From Phoronis australis (Eukaryota; Animalia; Phoronida), in NCBI GenBank assembly GCA_002633005.1, contig NMRA01000093.1, forward strand, positions 572,102 to 636,101: a stretch of 64,000 nt of DNA, written 5' to 3'. Position 1 is the first letter of the stretch, and each line of letters begins with the position of its first letter. A program made the position numbers and the translations under genes. The notes under the pieces were generated by a model, which ran no database searches, was not told where the DNA came from, and saw only the letters and a list, made by a program, of their open reading frames with translations. Positions 55,401 to 64,000 of the stretch are shown here, in pieces.

Positions 55401-57249
55401 CGCTTTGGAGATATACTTTTGAACATCTACATGATCTTTCTAATTCCCGTCGAGTTTAGATTTTCTGTTGCGGAGAACACTGCACATATAATAATGTCAA
55501 CAAATAATATTACACAAAAGAAATATTATAAGGTAAAGTATTCATAAAAATCATAACTGTAAAAAAGTAAGACAGTGTTACGAGTACAACACTCATCAGC
55601 TAAATTACAATTCAGTTGGTTTCAGATGGGGATAGCCATTGACATTCACACACCCAAGAGAGACGAGTAAACAGAGATATAGGGAAGTGATACACTTCAC
55701 ATGACATATATATTCAAGAGACTGTATCACAGTTCAACATTGAAAACCAAACAACTAACAACTAATGAGGTGGAACTTGGGGAGATGAGTGGCGTTTCAA
55801 AGATGTTCAGTTGCTGACCACCACAGCAGAACAAGGGATTTTGAACACACAGAGCCACCTATTGTAATCTTTAGAATTTATATGGCAAGATTTTTTTCTG
55901 ATGTAATTAACTAATACTTGCATGAGAGACAATTAATAAATTTCACAAGAAAACAAATTTGAAGAGGTCACCCCAATCACTCAACAAATCCCATTTGAAG
56001 ATCAGAGACAATAACTTAATGCTCTCAGTTATGAGACACTTCTGGTGTACAGTAGTGTCCACCATTCAGTGTTACCGGAGATTTCCCCCGTGCATGGCCA
56101 AAAACCCATCTACCACCAAAACTGATTTGGATTTTTCTGCATACCAAATTAGCAGATTTTTTAGGAAATTTATACTATTTTTAGGAAATCTGTAGATTTT
56201 TTAGAAAATTTGTGGGTTTCTTAGGTAACTTGTAGATTTTTAGGACATTTGTAGATTTTTTAAGGAAATTTGTAGATTTTTTAGGTAACTTATAGAATTT
56301 TTAGGAAATTTGCAGATTTTAGCACTGAGTTGCAATGGTTAACAGCAGTCGCTTACTAAGTAAGCGCAATGACACTGTGAGAAATAGTTACTACATAATA
56401 ACATGGGTAATTTGAATTGAAGTAAGATTAAAAACCAAAATACTAGACAATACTCTCAAGATATGAACTGACACAGATCAGAAACGTATGACTACCAACA
56501 CGGTCGCCACTGGTAGTCACGCAGAGACTAAAAAGAATGCTCACCTCATTCAAAGTATAAACCCATAATGAAGACTCATTATGGGTCGCCTATGTTGTTT
56601 TGACTTGTATATTTTTTCACAGCCTATATGTAAGTGTATAATGCAGGTTAAATTTCCGTACAAATACGCAAGTTTTGCATATGGTACACAGGTCCAAGGC
56701 CATAGTACAGAACATCACTTGTTATTAAAAATGCAATAATATGACAGACACGGTGTAACGACGACACTGCTCAATTACCTCCACCAACCACCTGTCCCAC
56801 CCCACTGTCCCCGCCTGATTCTGCGCCTTTCGGTGGGTCGTAGACCAGCTTGAGATTAATTGTACACTGGAACGCACAATGAAGATGTTAAACAACCAAA
56901 CACACAGAATCTGAGACATGCAGAGAGGAGACTAACAGATTACAGAAGAATAGCAAAAATACTGAGTTAAACTAAATGTATCGGTATGAGGCACTTTCAA
57001 CACTAATTTGTTTAAACTGTATTCAAGTCTCCCAATGAAATCGACCCTCAAAAACATTTTCTAACAGCATATGGCAGTGAAATACCAACAGCTTTTTTCC
57101 AGAATATACGTAGCGTGTAACCACAGCTTGCCGCACTTACCCCGGCAATAGGCTGAGAAGTGCCAGCTTTCATAAGTTGTGCATTGATATCTTTGGTATT
57201 GTTTACACCGAGCAGGTCACGTAGGGGCACGTCACACTCACCCAGTAAT
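1446..57249 (-). CDS. MYOF: Type I ferlin (myoferlin/dysferlin-like), multi-exon gene, partial at both ends (C2A end to just after C2D)
   Basis: Chain of GT-AG exons in consistent phase, giving ferlin motifs [51 protein letters not shown]...RRRRW (DysF) and [13 protein letters not shown]. DysF defines Type I. Myoferlin versus dysferlin orthology cannot be resolved; the symbol is approximate. Confidence 0.95.
2329..2376 (-). CDS. Small post-C2D linker exon ([16 protein letters not shown])
   Basis: tgttgctag acceptor, ATG|GTAACA donor, 48 nt, phase 0-0; GC-richer than flanks. Confidence 0.65.
2642..2656 (-). CDS. Weak candidate 15-nt microexon (KDQLM)
   Basis: atag acceptor, ATG|GTAACT donor, phase 0-0; poor pyrimidine tract. 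Confidence 0.3.
3386..3535 (-). CDS. Ferlin exon, C2D end ([17 protein letters not shown]...LQWYDIK...[11 protein letters not shown])
   Basis: gcag/GTAAGT, 150 nt, phase 0-0. Confidence 0.93.
5001..5182 (-). CDS. Second copy of the C2D 182-nt exon (probably allelic assembly duplicate)
   Basis: Same translation as 7767-7948. Confidence 0.6.
5502..5579 (-). CDS. Second copy of the C2D 78-nt exon (probably allelic assembly duplicate)
   Basis: Appears identical to 8268-8345; lies in the block ending at the N at 5796. Confidence 0.6.
7767..7948 (-). CDS. Ferlin exon, C2D (DPFARISFL...[17 protein letters not shown]...EIFDHDAF)
   Basis: ttttag/GTACGT, 182 nt, phase 1 to 0. Confidence 0.92.
8268..8345 (-). 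CDS. Ferlin exon, C2D start ([26 protein letters not shown])
   Basis: gcag/GTACGT, 78 nt, phase 1-1. Confidence 0.92.
8805..8874 (-). CDS. Ferlin exon ([23 protein letters not shown])
   Basis: tttcag/GTAAGA, 70 nt, phase 0 to 1. Confidence 0.88.
10532..10645. repeat. 36-bp tandem repeat, about 3 copies
   Basis: Unit aaaactggagggaaagttgtaatctgttgataggcc. Confidence 0.9.
12411..12513. repeat. 33-bp tandem repeat, about 3 copies
   Basis: Unit gtttgtgatatatgactgcctgacattagctta. Confidence 0.85.
12790..12807 (-). CDS. Candidate 18-nt microexon (SMGKSQ)
   Basis: ttttgttattag acceptor, CAG|GTAGGT donor, phase 0-0. Confidence 0.55.
13350..13511 (-). CDS. Ferlin exon, outer DysF C-terminal part ([22 protein letters not shown]...RRRRWHRKM...FALE)
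   Basis: gtag/GTAATC, 162 nt, phase 0-0. Confidence 0.93.
13638..13862 (+). mobile_element. tRNA-derived SINE-like element
   Basis: A-box tggcttagtgg, B-box-like ggcttcaaatcc, A-rich tail at about 13835-13862. Confidence 0.6.
14400..14700 (+). mobile_element. 5'-truncated, frameshifted non-LTR retrotransposon (CR1/L2-group-like) 3' remnant
   Basis: [17 protein letters not shown], then after frameshift(s) CPFCP...[17 protein letters not shown]: typical post-RT C-terminal CCHC region. Confidence 0.75.
15365..15621. mobile_element. MITE-like element with terminal inverted repeats
   Basis: catgtgtgcacccag ... ctgggtgcgcacatg. Confidence 0.6.
15845..16586. repeat. About 35-bp minisatellite, roughly 20 copies, abutting the microexon donor
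   Basis: Unit tgtaataatgcgcctgtgttttgatgtttcaatat. Confidence 0.92.
16596..16622 (-). CDS. 27-nt microexon in DysF linker (LSKKELEKQ)
   Basis: ttacag acceptor, CAG|GTAGTC donor, phase 0-0; charged peptide continues KKILAK...RKTE. Confidence 0.65.
16841..17108. mobile_element. MITE-like element
   Basis: TIR cccagtttagctggc ... gccagcttaactggg. Confidence 0.6.
17279..17409 (-). CDS. Ferlin exon, inner DysF (GWEYCVE...[13 protein letters not shown]...ILAK)
   Basis: tttcag/GTATGC, 131 nt, phase 1 to 0. Confidence 0.94.
17841..18116. mobile_element. MITE family member (related copies at about 11850-12104 and, inverted, about 41690-41900)
   Basis: TIR cagggtatgtttcat...gacagaaatttg / caaatttctgtc...atgaaacagagccc; shared internal ctctgagaata. 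Confidence 0.55.
18146..18248 (-). CDS. Ferlin exon, inner DysF ([35 protein letters not shown])
   Basis: gtag/GTGAGC, 103 nt, phase 0 to 1. Confidence 0.94.
18933..19127 (-). CDS. Ferlin exon, DysF ([20 protein letters not shown]...[19 protein letters not shown]...WMNV)
   Basis: ctag/GTGAGT, 195 nt, phase 0-0. Confidence 0.94.
19569..19655 (-). CDS. Ferlin exon, outer DysF ([29 protein letters not shown])
   Basis: ccag/GTGAGA, 87 nt, phase 0-0. Confidence 0.93.
19882..20025 (-). CDS. Ferlin exon (YPGNKAEK...LRLKVWLGL...AVFAET)
   Basis: ttcag/GTAAGA, 144 nt, phase 0-0. Confidence 0.93.
20356..20508 (-). CDS. Ferlin exon, FerB region ([21 protein letters not shown]...[14 protein letters not shown])
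   Basis: atag/GTATAT, 153 nt, phase 0-0. Confidence 0.94.
20970..21165 (-). CDS. Ferlin exon, FerA ([21 protein letters not shown]...LKTMTVE)
   Basis: acag/GTAAGT, 196 nt, phase 2 to 0. Confidence 0.92.
21585..21758. repeat. 21-bp minisatellite just inside the intron after donor 21773
   Basis: Unit gcacactacaaatgaatgagt. Confidence 0.88.
21773..21879 (-). CDS. Ferlin exon, FerA ([35 protein letters not shown])
   Basis: gtag/GTAAGG, 107 nt, phase 0 to 2. Confidence 0.9.
21913..22305. repeat. 13-bp minisatellite
   Basis: Unit gtgaaccaggact with variants. Confidence 0.9.
22682..22884 (-). CDS. Ferlin exon, C2-FerA region (GNYGNKLDE...[18 protein letters not shown]...[12 protein letters not shown])
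   Basis: ccag/GTAAGA, 203 nt, phase 1 to 0. Confidence 0.94.
23265..23478 (-). CDS. Ferlin exon ([16 protein letters not shown]...[14 protein letters not shown]...EFEVSIG)
   Basis: ttag/GTGGGT, 214 nt, phase 0 to 1. Confidence 0.93.
23978..24391. mobile_element. MITE with about 40-bp terminal inverted repeats
   Basis: cagtggccggttgcataaaacagtcccaaatagggactcaac / gttgagtccctatttgggactgtttcatgcaactggttactg. Confidence 0.8.
25686..25709 (-). CDS. Candidate 24-nt microexon (ASYSEFGQ)
   Basis: ttattag/GTAAGT, phase 0-0, in frame between NLGK and GEGCAY. Confidence 0.45.
27726..27800 (+). mobile_element. tRNA-derived SINE-like head
   Basis: A-box tggccaaatgg, B-box ggttcaaatccc. Confidence 0.5.
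27776..28198. repeat. About 211-bp tandem duplication including the exon end and 5' splice site
   Basis: ttcttacatacctttccgagg occurs at about 27967 and 28178, with matching intronic flanks. Confidence 0.85.
28189..28289 (-). CDS. Ferlin exon, C2C ([34 protein letters not shown])
   Basis: ttcag/GTATGT, 101 nt, phase 1 to 0. Confidence 0.95.
28820..29192. repeat. Degenerate satellite built from catgacag/ccatgtca motifs
   Basis: Repeated tcactcacatgacaaaacatgccagtaacatgacagccatgtca. Confidence 0.75.
31191..31648. mobile_element. PIF/Harbinger-like MITE
   Basis: TIR aggccctttcatact / agtatgaaaggctct preceded by TAA; inverted homolog at 61641-62092. Confidence 0.75.
32088..32153. repeat. 16-bp tandem repeat, 4 copies
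   Basis: Unit gtgtcatggtgtaata. Confidence 0.9.
32400..32600. repeat. Dispersed repeat homologous to about 40810-41030
   Basis: Shared taactcaa...cattaa.g.tgaggtca.caagtgcaa.ctggga...ctgggccct. Confidence 0.55.
32903..32979 (-). CDS. Mutually exclusive C2C exon B ([27 protein letters not shown])
   Basis: acag/GTAGGA, 77 nt, phase 2 to 1; paralogous to exon A. Confidence 0.85.
35093..35169 (-). CDS. Mutually exclusive C2C exon A ([27 protein letters not shown])
   Basis: ctcttcag/GTTGGT, 77 nt, phase 2 to 1. Confidence 0.82.
35402..36595 (-). mobile_element. Helentron/HINE-like non-autonomous element with CTCF-like subrepeats
   Basis: On + it begins aacaaga and ends in cagac microrepeats plus gaccacatg...gcataaaaa; the same terminus occurs at about 48685-48764. 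Family assignment is inference. Confidence 0.5.
36986..37198. repeat. 42-bp tandem repeat, 5 copies, each carrying the 5' splice site GATTG|GTAAGT
   Basis: cttacc at 37021, 37063, 37105, 37147 and 37189. Confidence 0.92.
37194..37306 (-). CDS. Ferlin exon, C2C ([38 protein letters not shown])
   Basis: tttag/GTAAGT, 113 nt, phase 0 to 2; FPSMCE motif. Confidence 0.93.
37807..37910 (-). CDS. Ferlin exon, C2C ([35 protein letters not shown])
   Basis: ttcag/GTGAGT, 104 nt, phase 1 to 0. Confidence 0.93.
38779..38861 (-). CDS. Ferlin exon, FerI and C2C start ([27 protein letters not shown])
   Basis: gcag/GTAAGT, 83 nt, phase 2 to 1. Confidence 0.93.
39860..40013. repeat. 15-bp minisatellite containing an N gap at 39960
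   Basis: Unit agcaccccgttcatt. Confidence 0.88.
40386..40576 (-). CDS. Ferlin exon, C2B end and FerI (CDLAMVY...[21 protein letters not shown]...DIE)
   Basis: gcag/GTAAGT, 191 nt, phase 0 to 2. Confidence 0.93.
41156..41206 (-). CDS. Ferlin exon, C2B ([17 protein letters not shown])
   Basis: ttttag/GTTAGT, 51 nt, phase 0-0. Confidence 0.92.
41544..41591. repeat. 15-bp tandem repeat, 3 copies
   Basis: Unit gagcgcatatataat. Confidence 0.85.
43017..43211 (-). CDS. Ferlin exon, C2B ([22 protein letters not shown]...[20 protein letters not shown])
   Basis: ttccag/GTAATT, 195 nt, phase 0-0. Confidence 0.93.
45812..45903. repeat. 29-bp tandem repeat, about 3 copies
   Basis: Unit catcagtgtgcccatatcgacagtaccca. 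Confidence 0.85.
45912..46007. mobile_element. Short palindromic (foldback) MITE-like element
   Basis: gtctgatataatgtgcccgtattttgagaaccagttt pairs with aaactggttctcaaaattcgggcacgttatatcagac. Confidence 0.7.
47310..48089. mobile_element. Possible degenerate Kolobok-like non-autonomous DNA transposon
   Basis: Ends ttacagggaca ... tgtcctttaa resemble TTAA-flanked AGGACA inverted repeats; degenerate. Confidence 0.3.
49181..49435 (-). CDS. Alternative (probably first) coding exon [13 protein letters not shown]...[10 protein letters not shown]
   Basis: ATG at 49435 with in-frame TAA upstream; 85 codons ending CAA|GTAGGT in phase 0; last 9 aa identical to exon 52160-52317. Confidence 0.8.
50567..50758. 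repeat. 95-bp tandem duplication
   Basis: acataataacacatacac...cccacaacttatca occurs twice. Confidence 0.88.
52160..52317 (-). CDS. Ferlin exon, acidic and polybasic C2A-C2B linker ([18 protein letters not shown]...[25 protein letters not shown])
   Basis: taag acceptor, CAG|GTATGA donor, 158 nt, phase 1 to 0; ends in conserved QDFQ. Confidence 0.9.
53560..53586 (-). CDS. Candidate 27-nt microexon (GIYDDPKPK)
   Basis: Pyrimidine tract tctttgttcttttt...acag, AAG|GTAAAA donor, phase 1-1, open frame. Confidence 0.6.
54794..54814 (-). CDS. Candidate 21-nt microexon (xNTFEQE)
   Basis: tttcag acceptor, AAG|GTAGTT donor, phase 1-1, open frame. Confidence 0.5.
55218..55232 (-). CDS. Candidate 15-nt microexon (GRGKH)
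   Basis: acag/GTAAGT, phase 1-1, open in ferlin frame; weak pyrimidine tract. Confidence 0.45.
56148..56322. repeat. About 21-bp minisatellite
   Basis: Unit ttttaggaaatttgtagattt. Confidence 0.8.
56779..56866 (-). CDS. Ferlin exon, last C2A strand and linker ([29 protein letters not shown])
   Basis: ttccag/GTAATT, 88 nt, phase 0 to 1. Confidence 0.88.
57141..57249 (-). CDS. Ferlin exon, C2A C-terminal part ([36 protein letters not shown])
   Basis: tttcag acceptor, GTAAGT donor, 109 nt, phase 2 to 0; resembles dysferlin FLGEAKVPLREVL. Confidence 0.88.
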
Positions 57250-60082
57250 CTGAAACAAGAGGTAAGTTATCAGACACATGAATCAATGAAATCTTCAATT
57301 CAAGTGGTCAACCTGTTCATAGTGAGGGCGATTATTAGTTGCAGACATGTAAATTTACTGTTTTCCCACAGGCCACAGTGTACGTAGTGGGAGTGACTAT
57401 CAGTAGCAGACTTGTAAATTTTCGTAAATTTTCACACCATGTTAAGGAAACATTTCTTCAATTTAGGACAGAGCAAATAAGCGGACCAGTGGGTTGCGTA
57501 CGTTGACCATTTTCGAATCTGAAGTTTTACAGTTGGCCAACTCTCAAACATTCTCTTGAGTTGCTGAATGCTTCAGTGTTCTTGATGGTAACAGAAATAG
57601 AATCCTATTACGCGTGACTTGCCATATCGAATATTATGAGACCGATTTTAGGAGACTAAAAGGACTAATTCAATTTTCGTTTCAAAGTAAGCTAAACAGG
57701 GAGAAATCCACCTTTAATAAATCTTTTACATCTTGGTAAATACAGCCAGGTTTCAATCTTTGTAAATAGAGGGCAGCATAGAACAATGCACTTAAAAGTA
57801 ATGTTGAGGCAAATGCTGAATAATACCAGAAAGGCGGTGATAACTGCCGTTTCTGTAAACCACACAATAACAAAAACAAATTGAAATAGAAAACTCTGTG
57901 GACACCAGAACTAATGAAAATGCTAATCATTCAACATATCGATGTTCTCCCACACACTATTTAGTATATTTATATTGCTGTGCAAGACGAGCAGATGACC
58001 AATCAATTATAGCAGGGCTCATGGGGGCTGTAACCCAGAGATGAAAACACCTTCTTCCATCATGTATTATAAGACTGCAGACCCGTATTTGATTGTTGGT
58101 GATGTAAAAGACAATCAATCAATCTCTTTGTAACTGAACGAGTTTGTGGAAGCTGAGAGTAAAAATGTTTTTAGTGAAATGTCCACAAGTTTCAACCCCT
58201 ATTCTCTTTGTTAGCAACTAGATAGGAGGCCCCTAAGACCACGCGGTCTCCCCAACTCATCCATATTGAAATTTAAATTAATGTATACATTGCTACCGAT
58301 GCCCAAGGTTAGCAGACATTCCTAGTCATTGGAAATTTGTCTTAAATTTTTTAAATATAAGTTTTAATAGCAATCACAAATATCTGTATAGAGTGTGGAA
58401 GGACAGGCAGTGAGTCTACAGTCCCATCAATGAATGGGGTTATGGGTATTCTAATAATTTGTAAACGTAGTTTCATTTCTACATGTCCAATTCAAATGTT
58501 AAATTTCAATTACAGTATTTCGACATACTTCAAATTATGATGATTGTTATGCATAAAGTTGATGATAGGTGCAAGAATTAGCGCAATGAACTTCCCCGGC
58601 TACAAACACACGTCTTCCCCCTGGAAAAAATGTCCATGTAATGGTTCGCTCTGTGCATGTCCCTATCTCATGTTGGTAATTGACAGAATTCTGGGAAGAA
58701 ATGAAATCAGGTACAGATCTAGACAAACAGGATCACTTATACAGTTTAAGGTACCTCTTCAGTTTAAGGTACCTCTTCGGTCATGTTAGCGGGACTGTAA
58801 ATGATATTTCTAGTGATGATCTTAGATTCATGAATAGCTGTTTTTACACAAGGAACAGCTGCGGTGCGAGTTGTCATGGCATGAATTGTCGGGGTGCCCA
58901 CTTGCTCCACTTTAGTCCCATTTACACAACATTAGATCCCAAACTGGATGGCATACCATTTACACAAAGACTGTCTGGGCAAGCTTGCATAAACAATAGC
59001 TTATGTCCACACCACATGGAAAACTACCAAAATCTGAGTACCAGATCACCATATGGGCTAGCTATTGCATAAGACTAACAGAGATGACCCCTTCTGTCTT
59101 GCCCAAGTTTGTGTTTAGACTTGTAATTGAAACTAGAGCAACTGATCCTGTGCATCTTGCTCCATCTCTCAAACCATGTGTGCATGTCAAAATGGAATGT
59201 AATAATTCAAGTCTGTGTTTTACAAAGACTGATTTCCTGGCAGTGAAAGACACAAACTTCAAACTGGAATGAATCTTCCTGATGAAACAGTCACCAAAGT
59301 TCATTACCCTGACAGTGTTTTCCTGTCTGACTGGAATTGCTAAGGTGCTATATTTTACAGAAACAAAACTAAGATTTCCATCCAAAACTGCGAGGCTACA
59401 TCAGGGCTATTAACATGACTATAGAATGACATTTAAAAACTTCCTAAAACAGAAAACCCGGAACGAATTGCAACAAAATGAAAATTAATGAATATGTACT
59501 AATCATTTTCATGAGGTTTTAATGACATACACTATAGCATTACAATGAACAAATTACAAACATAAATAGATTAATTGATAGGGATGTTGCCAAGATTAAT
59601 AATTTATGTAAATTCATTCATCATTTCCATGTGGCTTTCATAATAAAGACTACAAAATTATAACTAGGAAATTCCAAACGATCAATAGAGAGGATAGGAA
59701 GATGATTAATTAATGACTATTCAATCACCACTTTCAAAAATGACGCAAAAGATGTGAAACAATTGTTTAATAGTTTAGGTAGCAATTACAGCAGGTTTCA
59801 AAACCACCTTTGTAGACACAAGTCATGTCAATGTTAAAGTTACGTATTATATGCTAGAAAAATGTCCAAATTAGGCTACGTAACTTAGGAACATAATAGC
59901 TCAGAAAGAAATTATCGGATTCATGAGACACTTTCAGATGCTACCTCTATGCATATGATGTTAGGAATAGCATTCAAATTGGTCCACTTGTGCATGAGAG
60001 GGCACCAAAAATAAGACTTTTATGGTTTTCATGAAAAAATTTGCATGAAACACAAACAAAACAATTTAGAAAATTGAAATTG

Positions 60083-61428
60083 AAATAGCGTTTTTGAGAT
60101 GATATATCGAAACTTCTTAATCATGTTATCCTTACCTTTCTCTTTTGCTAAATTTTACAAAAAATGACAACACAAAAAATCAGGAATCAAATTCTACAGG
60201 TTTTCTAGTTACCGAGTTACAATACAAAGTTTTGCAGATATTTGACTAAATGCAGATCTGCAGACGTCGTTCACAACCTTAATGTTTTGTGATTGCTGTT
60301 TAGGTAATACCTTATACTGTTAAGACTTATTGTTGTACATAAAGGCAAGGGTTGAATTTTTTAATTCAATTTGGTGACAGTCACAAACAATTCAATTATG
60401 AAATATGGTGATAACTTTTCGATTTCTATGATTATGGAGTGGGTGGAATAAAGATAGGACTTGGTGTTGTTTTTGGTTTAACGGTTTTCGGTTCTTATTT
60501 TATCTTGGTTAGAAGTTGGCTGTATTTGACCCAACGATGTAGCACTCAATACAAATGTAAATGTTGTCATACATAGCAGTAATTAAAAATTTTTAAAAAT
60601 TCTTGATGATGACTACTTTCATATCCACAAAGAGAACATATGAACTCTTCATACTACTCTCCATTTATGTATTGACAAATAGACAATTAAAAAACGTTAT
60701 CAACTTGGCAGCAGGGACTCATCTAGGATTTGAAAATTGGGGGTCCAAATTCGTGAGACTGACGAGTCGTGCAAAGCGCAAATCTGAGGCGCGCAGNAAA
60801 TAGCGTTTTTGAGATGATATATCGAAACTTCTTAATCATGTTATCCTTACCTTTCTCTTTTGCTAAATTTTACAAAAAATGACAACACAAAAAATCAGGA
60901 ATCAAATTCTACAGGTTTTCTAGTTACCAAGTTACAATACAAAGTTTTGCAGATATTTGACTAAATGCAGATCTGCAGACAACGTCGTTCACAACCTTAA
61001 TGTTTTGTGATTGCTGTTTAGGTAATACCTTATACTGTTAGACTTATTGTTGTACATAAAGGCAAGGGTTGAATTTTTTAATTCAATTTGGTGACAGTCA
61101 CAAACAATTCAATTGTGAAATATGGTGATAACTTCTCGATTTCTATGATTATGGAGTGGGTGGAATAAAGATAGGACCTGGTGTTGTTTTTGGTTTAACG
61201 GTTTTCGGTTCTTATTTTATGTTGGTTAGAAGTTGGCTGTATTTGACCCGACGATGTAGCACTGAATACAAATGTAAATGTTGTCATACATAGCAGTAAT
61301 TAAAAATTTTTAAAAATTCTTGATGATGACTACTTTCATGTCCACAAAGAGAACATATGAACTCTCAATACTACTCTCCATTTATGTATTGACAAATAGA
61401 CAATTAAAAAACGTTATCAACTTGGCAG
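60083..61428. repeat. Direct duplication (60083-60711 versus 60798-61428) across the N at 60797; probable uncollapsed haplotypes
   Basis: About 630 bp near-identical; second copy starts right after the N. Confidence 0.85.
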
Positions 61429-61640
61429 TTAAATTTAGTACAAAATTTTCAAAATCAATAAATCCTGTAACAACTTCATTTCTGTGATCGCTCATGACTG
61501 TCGACAACTTCTATGAGTTGATAAGGAAAACAATGTAATCCATGTCAACATGGGATTTGTATTATTTCATACAACATCTGATAAAATGATATTCATCACG
61601 TAATCACATTCATCTGTCTACCGCACCTAAAGTTTTCTAA

Positions 61641-62092
61641 AGACCCTTTCACACTAACGCCGACCCGTCGATGTTTTGGGGAGTTGCGATCAGTATGAAC
61701 CACCCTGGATCAAAGTTAACAGCATCAGTCAACTTCGCAATAAATAGGAAGATTTAACAGCAGAGTGTCCACGCTGAGGTGCAGTATGAATGATAAACTT
61801 CGATCCCAAAGTTGCTTATATTTTGCACAATTAATCACCAATCGAATTAGAAATATGTTTTATACCAATTAGCACAAGCCATGTAAAAGTTCCCAAATTG
61901 TCAAATTAAAAAAATCTTAGCGTGTCCACGATGCATCAGCACTACCTTGCGATTACTTCGATGACAACAGTGTTACCTACCGTTTACTTCGATGTCCGTT
62001 AACTACCGAAGCCAGTATGAACGGTTCAGTTAACTTTGCAGTTTACGTCAATGCTCCGCTCAGACCGGAGTTAAGTAAGTATGAAAGGGCCT
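61641..62092. mobile_element. PIF/Harbinger-like MITE, same family as 31191-31648, opposite orientation
   Basis: agaccctttcacact / agtatgaaagggcct; internal segment gtatgaacggttcagttaac...gctccgctcagac is the reverse complement of about 31200-31270. Confidence 0.75.
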
Positions 62093-64000
62093 TATATTTG
62101 TGGGACCTCTCACTGTCACTGTATGATCATGACCCAATCAGACCCAATATAGGGTTGGGAAACAATCAAATGGCCACAATGCTAAAGACATATTCCAAAA
62201 AGCCGAAAGTCACTACCAGAAACTTGGCTCGTCTCACGGCCCCTCGCACTTCATCAACTGATTTGTACAAGAGTTGCTGTTACCAAGAAACCTGTTTATC
62301 AAAGTGAGGCTTTTTAGCAAGACACTAGGATTACTGCAAGCTCTTCAGAATTGTCTGCATCTCATCGGACAATGTCAGACAACAGTCAGTCGGCATCATC
62401 AAACAAAACACTCCAGCAAAGGTATCACTCACCACTGCAACAATTTGAAATTTTGTGTAAGATTGAAAAGGTGTGCCCATACAAACCATGGCAATTGCCT
62501 GCTAAAAGCAATAGTTAGTACATGCAAGATACAAAACCATTGACAATTAAGTTTCTGGTCAAGTGTTGTGTGTGAGTACCGAAAGCATATACTCTCCCGA
62601 AGACGAGGGATGTTGGGATGTAAATAGTCCGCTGTCGCATCCACTGGTGCACATTTTGCCTGCCAGATTCAAGATCTGCTCGCCTACTGAGCAGGCGTGC
62701 GGGTGGCTGGCTAATACTCTGAATCCCCACCATTTCACACACACTAGACGTTGTTGTGCTGTTTCTATCTACCATACCCACTGTTCATTGTACACTTTAC
62801 AACTTTAAAGTTAAAGATGTCTCAAAGAAAACGGCAATAGATAATGAGATCCCTATTAAGGTATAGTGTAGCGGTGTATGTTTAGTAGGATGAAGTTTTT
62901 AAGTTAGGACAGTGGAATGTCCAGTGAGAAAGATGACAGTTTGGTACGGTAGGTTATCACGCTGATCTGAAATATGTCCCGACCACAAACCATTCTGGAC
63001 TAACTCTAAATGCGAAACCAGCTTTAGAATGTTTCTTGATTCTAGAAAACTAGGTTTATCATGAGCAAATTACTCTACTACCGCAGAAGAATCACAAGAC
63101 TTTTTAAAAGGATTTAAAACAATACAAATACTTGTCTAGTGAAATACAGATAACAGAAATAATGTCTCAAGAAAGTCAGACAGTTGGAGCCATTTTTTGA
63201 TACACTATTATCAGACCAGTATTTCTCCGCTATGGCATTTCAAAACTCTTGATGATTCCAGCTTGAAACTGGGCATTAATGGTCATAACTCATAATTTAA
63301 TCAAATTACATGGTGGACTAGAAAGAAATAACTTCATAATTGCATTATCCATAACCATGGGTTCTCAGACTGTCAAATGTCATTAACCAATAATAGCTAA
63401 AAACCATCCGTATTTTAACCAGTGTAGAATGTTGACAGCAAATTTGCCGTTTTCTTCACTCGTTTTGTATTGGGGAAACAAAAACTAAAACCAATCCCAA
63501 GGTATTTCCCAAAAATATGAACAACATATAATCAAATTTGTAAAGGATTTCCTCGGCCCTAAACTAGTTAACTAAACATGTGGAACAGTGGCGCTTTTCA
63601 GAGACGGAATGTATTCACAATGTTAAGCATCAATAACAATCTAATATTTTGGAACAACTTTGGCCAAAAAGTTGGTTTTAGTCTAGACCAAATCATTCTG
63701 AAACCATCAATCGTTGACTAATAAAGGAGTCACCCACATAAATTTCACACAAGGTCAGGTGCATTTTTGAAAAACTTTTTGTACCAAGGCATGTAAGCAG
63801 GTTTGAAACATTGTGAATTGCCAAGCAAAAGGTAAAAAATTCCTCGTCATTTCCGCAAATCTCAGGAGGATTTACATTTTCGAAAAAGTGAACAACTAAA
63901 ACAATACCATATTGACCAATCATTTTCAAAAAAACAGAGACCAGAACCAACTACGCTTTTGTTGGACTTATTCATATTTCCCTATGTTTAGCATATTTTG

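Noticed and set aside
60136-60147. 12-nt segment with AAG|GTAAGG donor
   Set aside because: Lies in repeat-like duplicated sequence and would interrupt the C2A core; no other support.
57250-64000. Upstream C2A exons or independent genes among the short ORFs (for example 58680-59072)
   Set aside because: No recognisable ferlin or other domain motifs; the region reads as one long intron with repeats.

Overview
AT-rich eukaryotic genomic DNA, probably from an invertebrate animal (inference). The whole window lies inside one large minus-strand, intron-rich gene for a Type I (DysF-containing) ferlin, myoferlin/dysferlin-like. I traced about 26 core exon positions with GT-AG boundaries and consistent reading phase, from the end of C2A (57249) through C2B, FerI, C2C, C2-FerA, FerB and the nested DysF to C2D (3386). 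The first exons and the C-terminal part lie outside the window. The most interesting signal is a layer of alternative exons: (1) a second, ATG-bearing exon that rebuilds the YSSKVQDFQ entry into C2B, probably an alternative first exon giving a C2A-less isoform; (2) two paralogous 77-nt mutually exclusive exons encoding the Ca2+-binding loop 3 of C2C; (3) several frame-preserving 15-51 nt micro- or small exons in linkers, one carrying an IYDDP phosphotyrosine-type motif; (4) tandem repeats that duplicate 5' splice sites. Introns also hold MITEs, tRNA-derived SINE-like elements, a LINE 3' remnant, a Helentron/HINE-like element rich in CTCF-like motifs, and minisatellites. Two apparent duplications next to single N gaps (5796, 60797) are most likely uncollapsed haplotypes. 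All exon calls are from manual reading and need RNA-seq confirmation.
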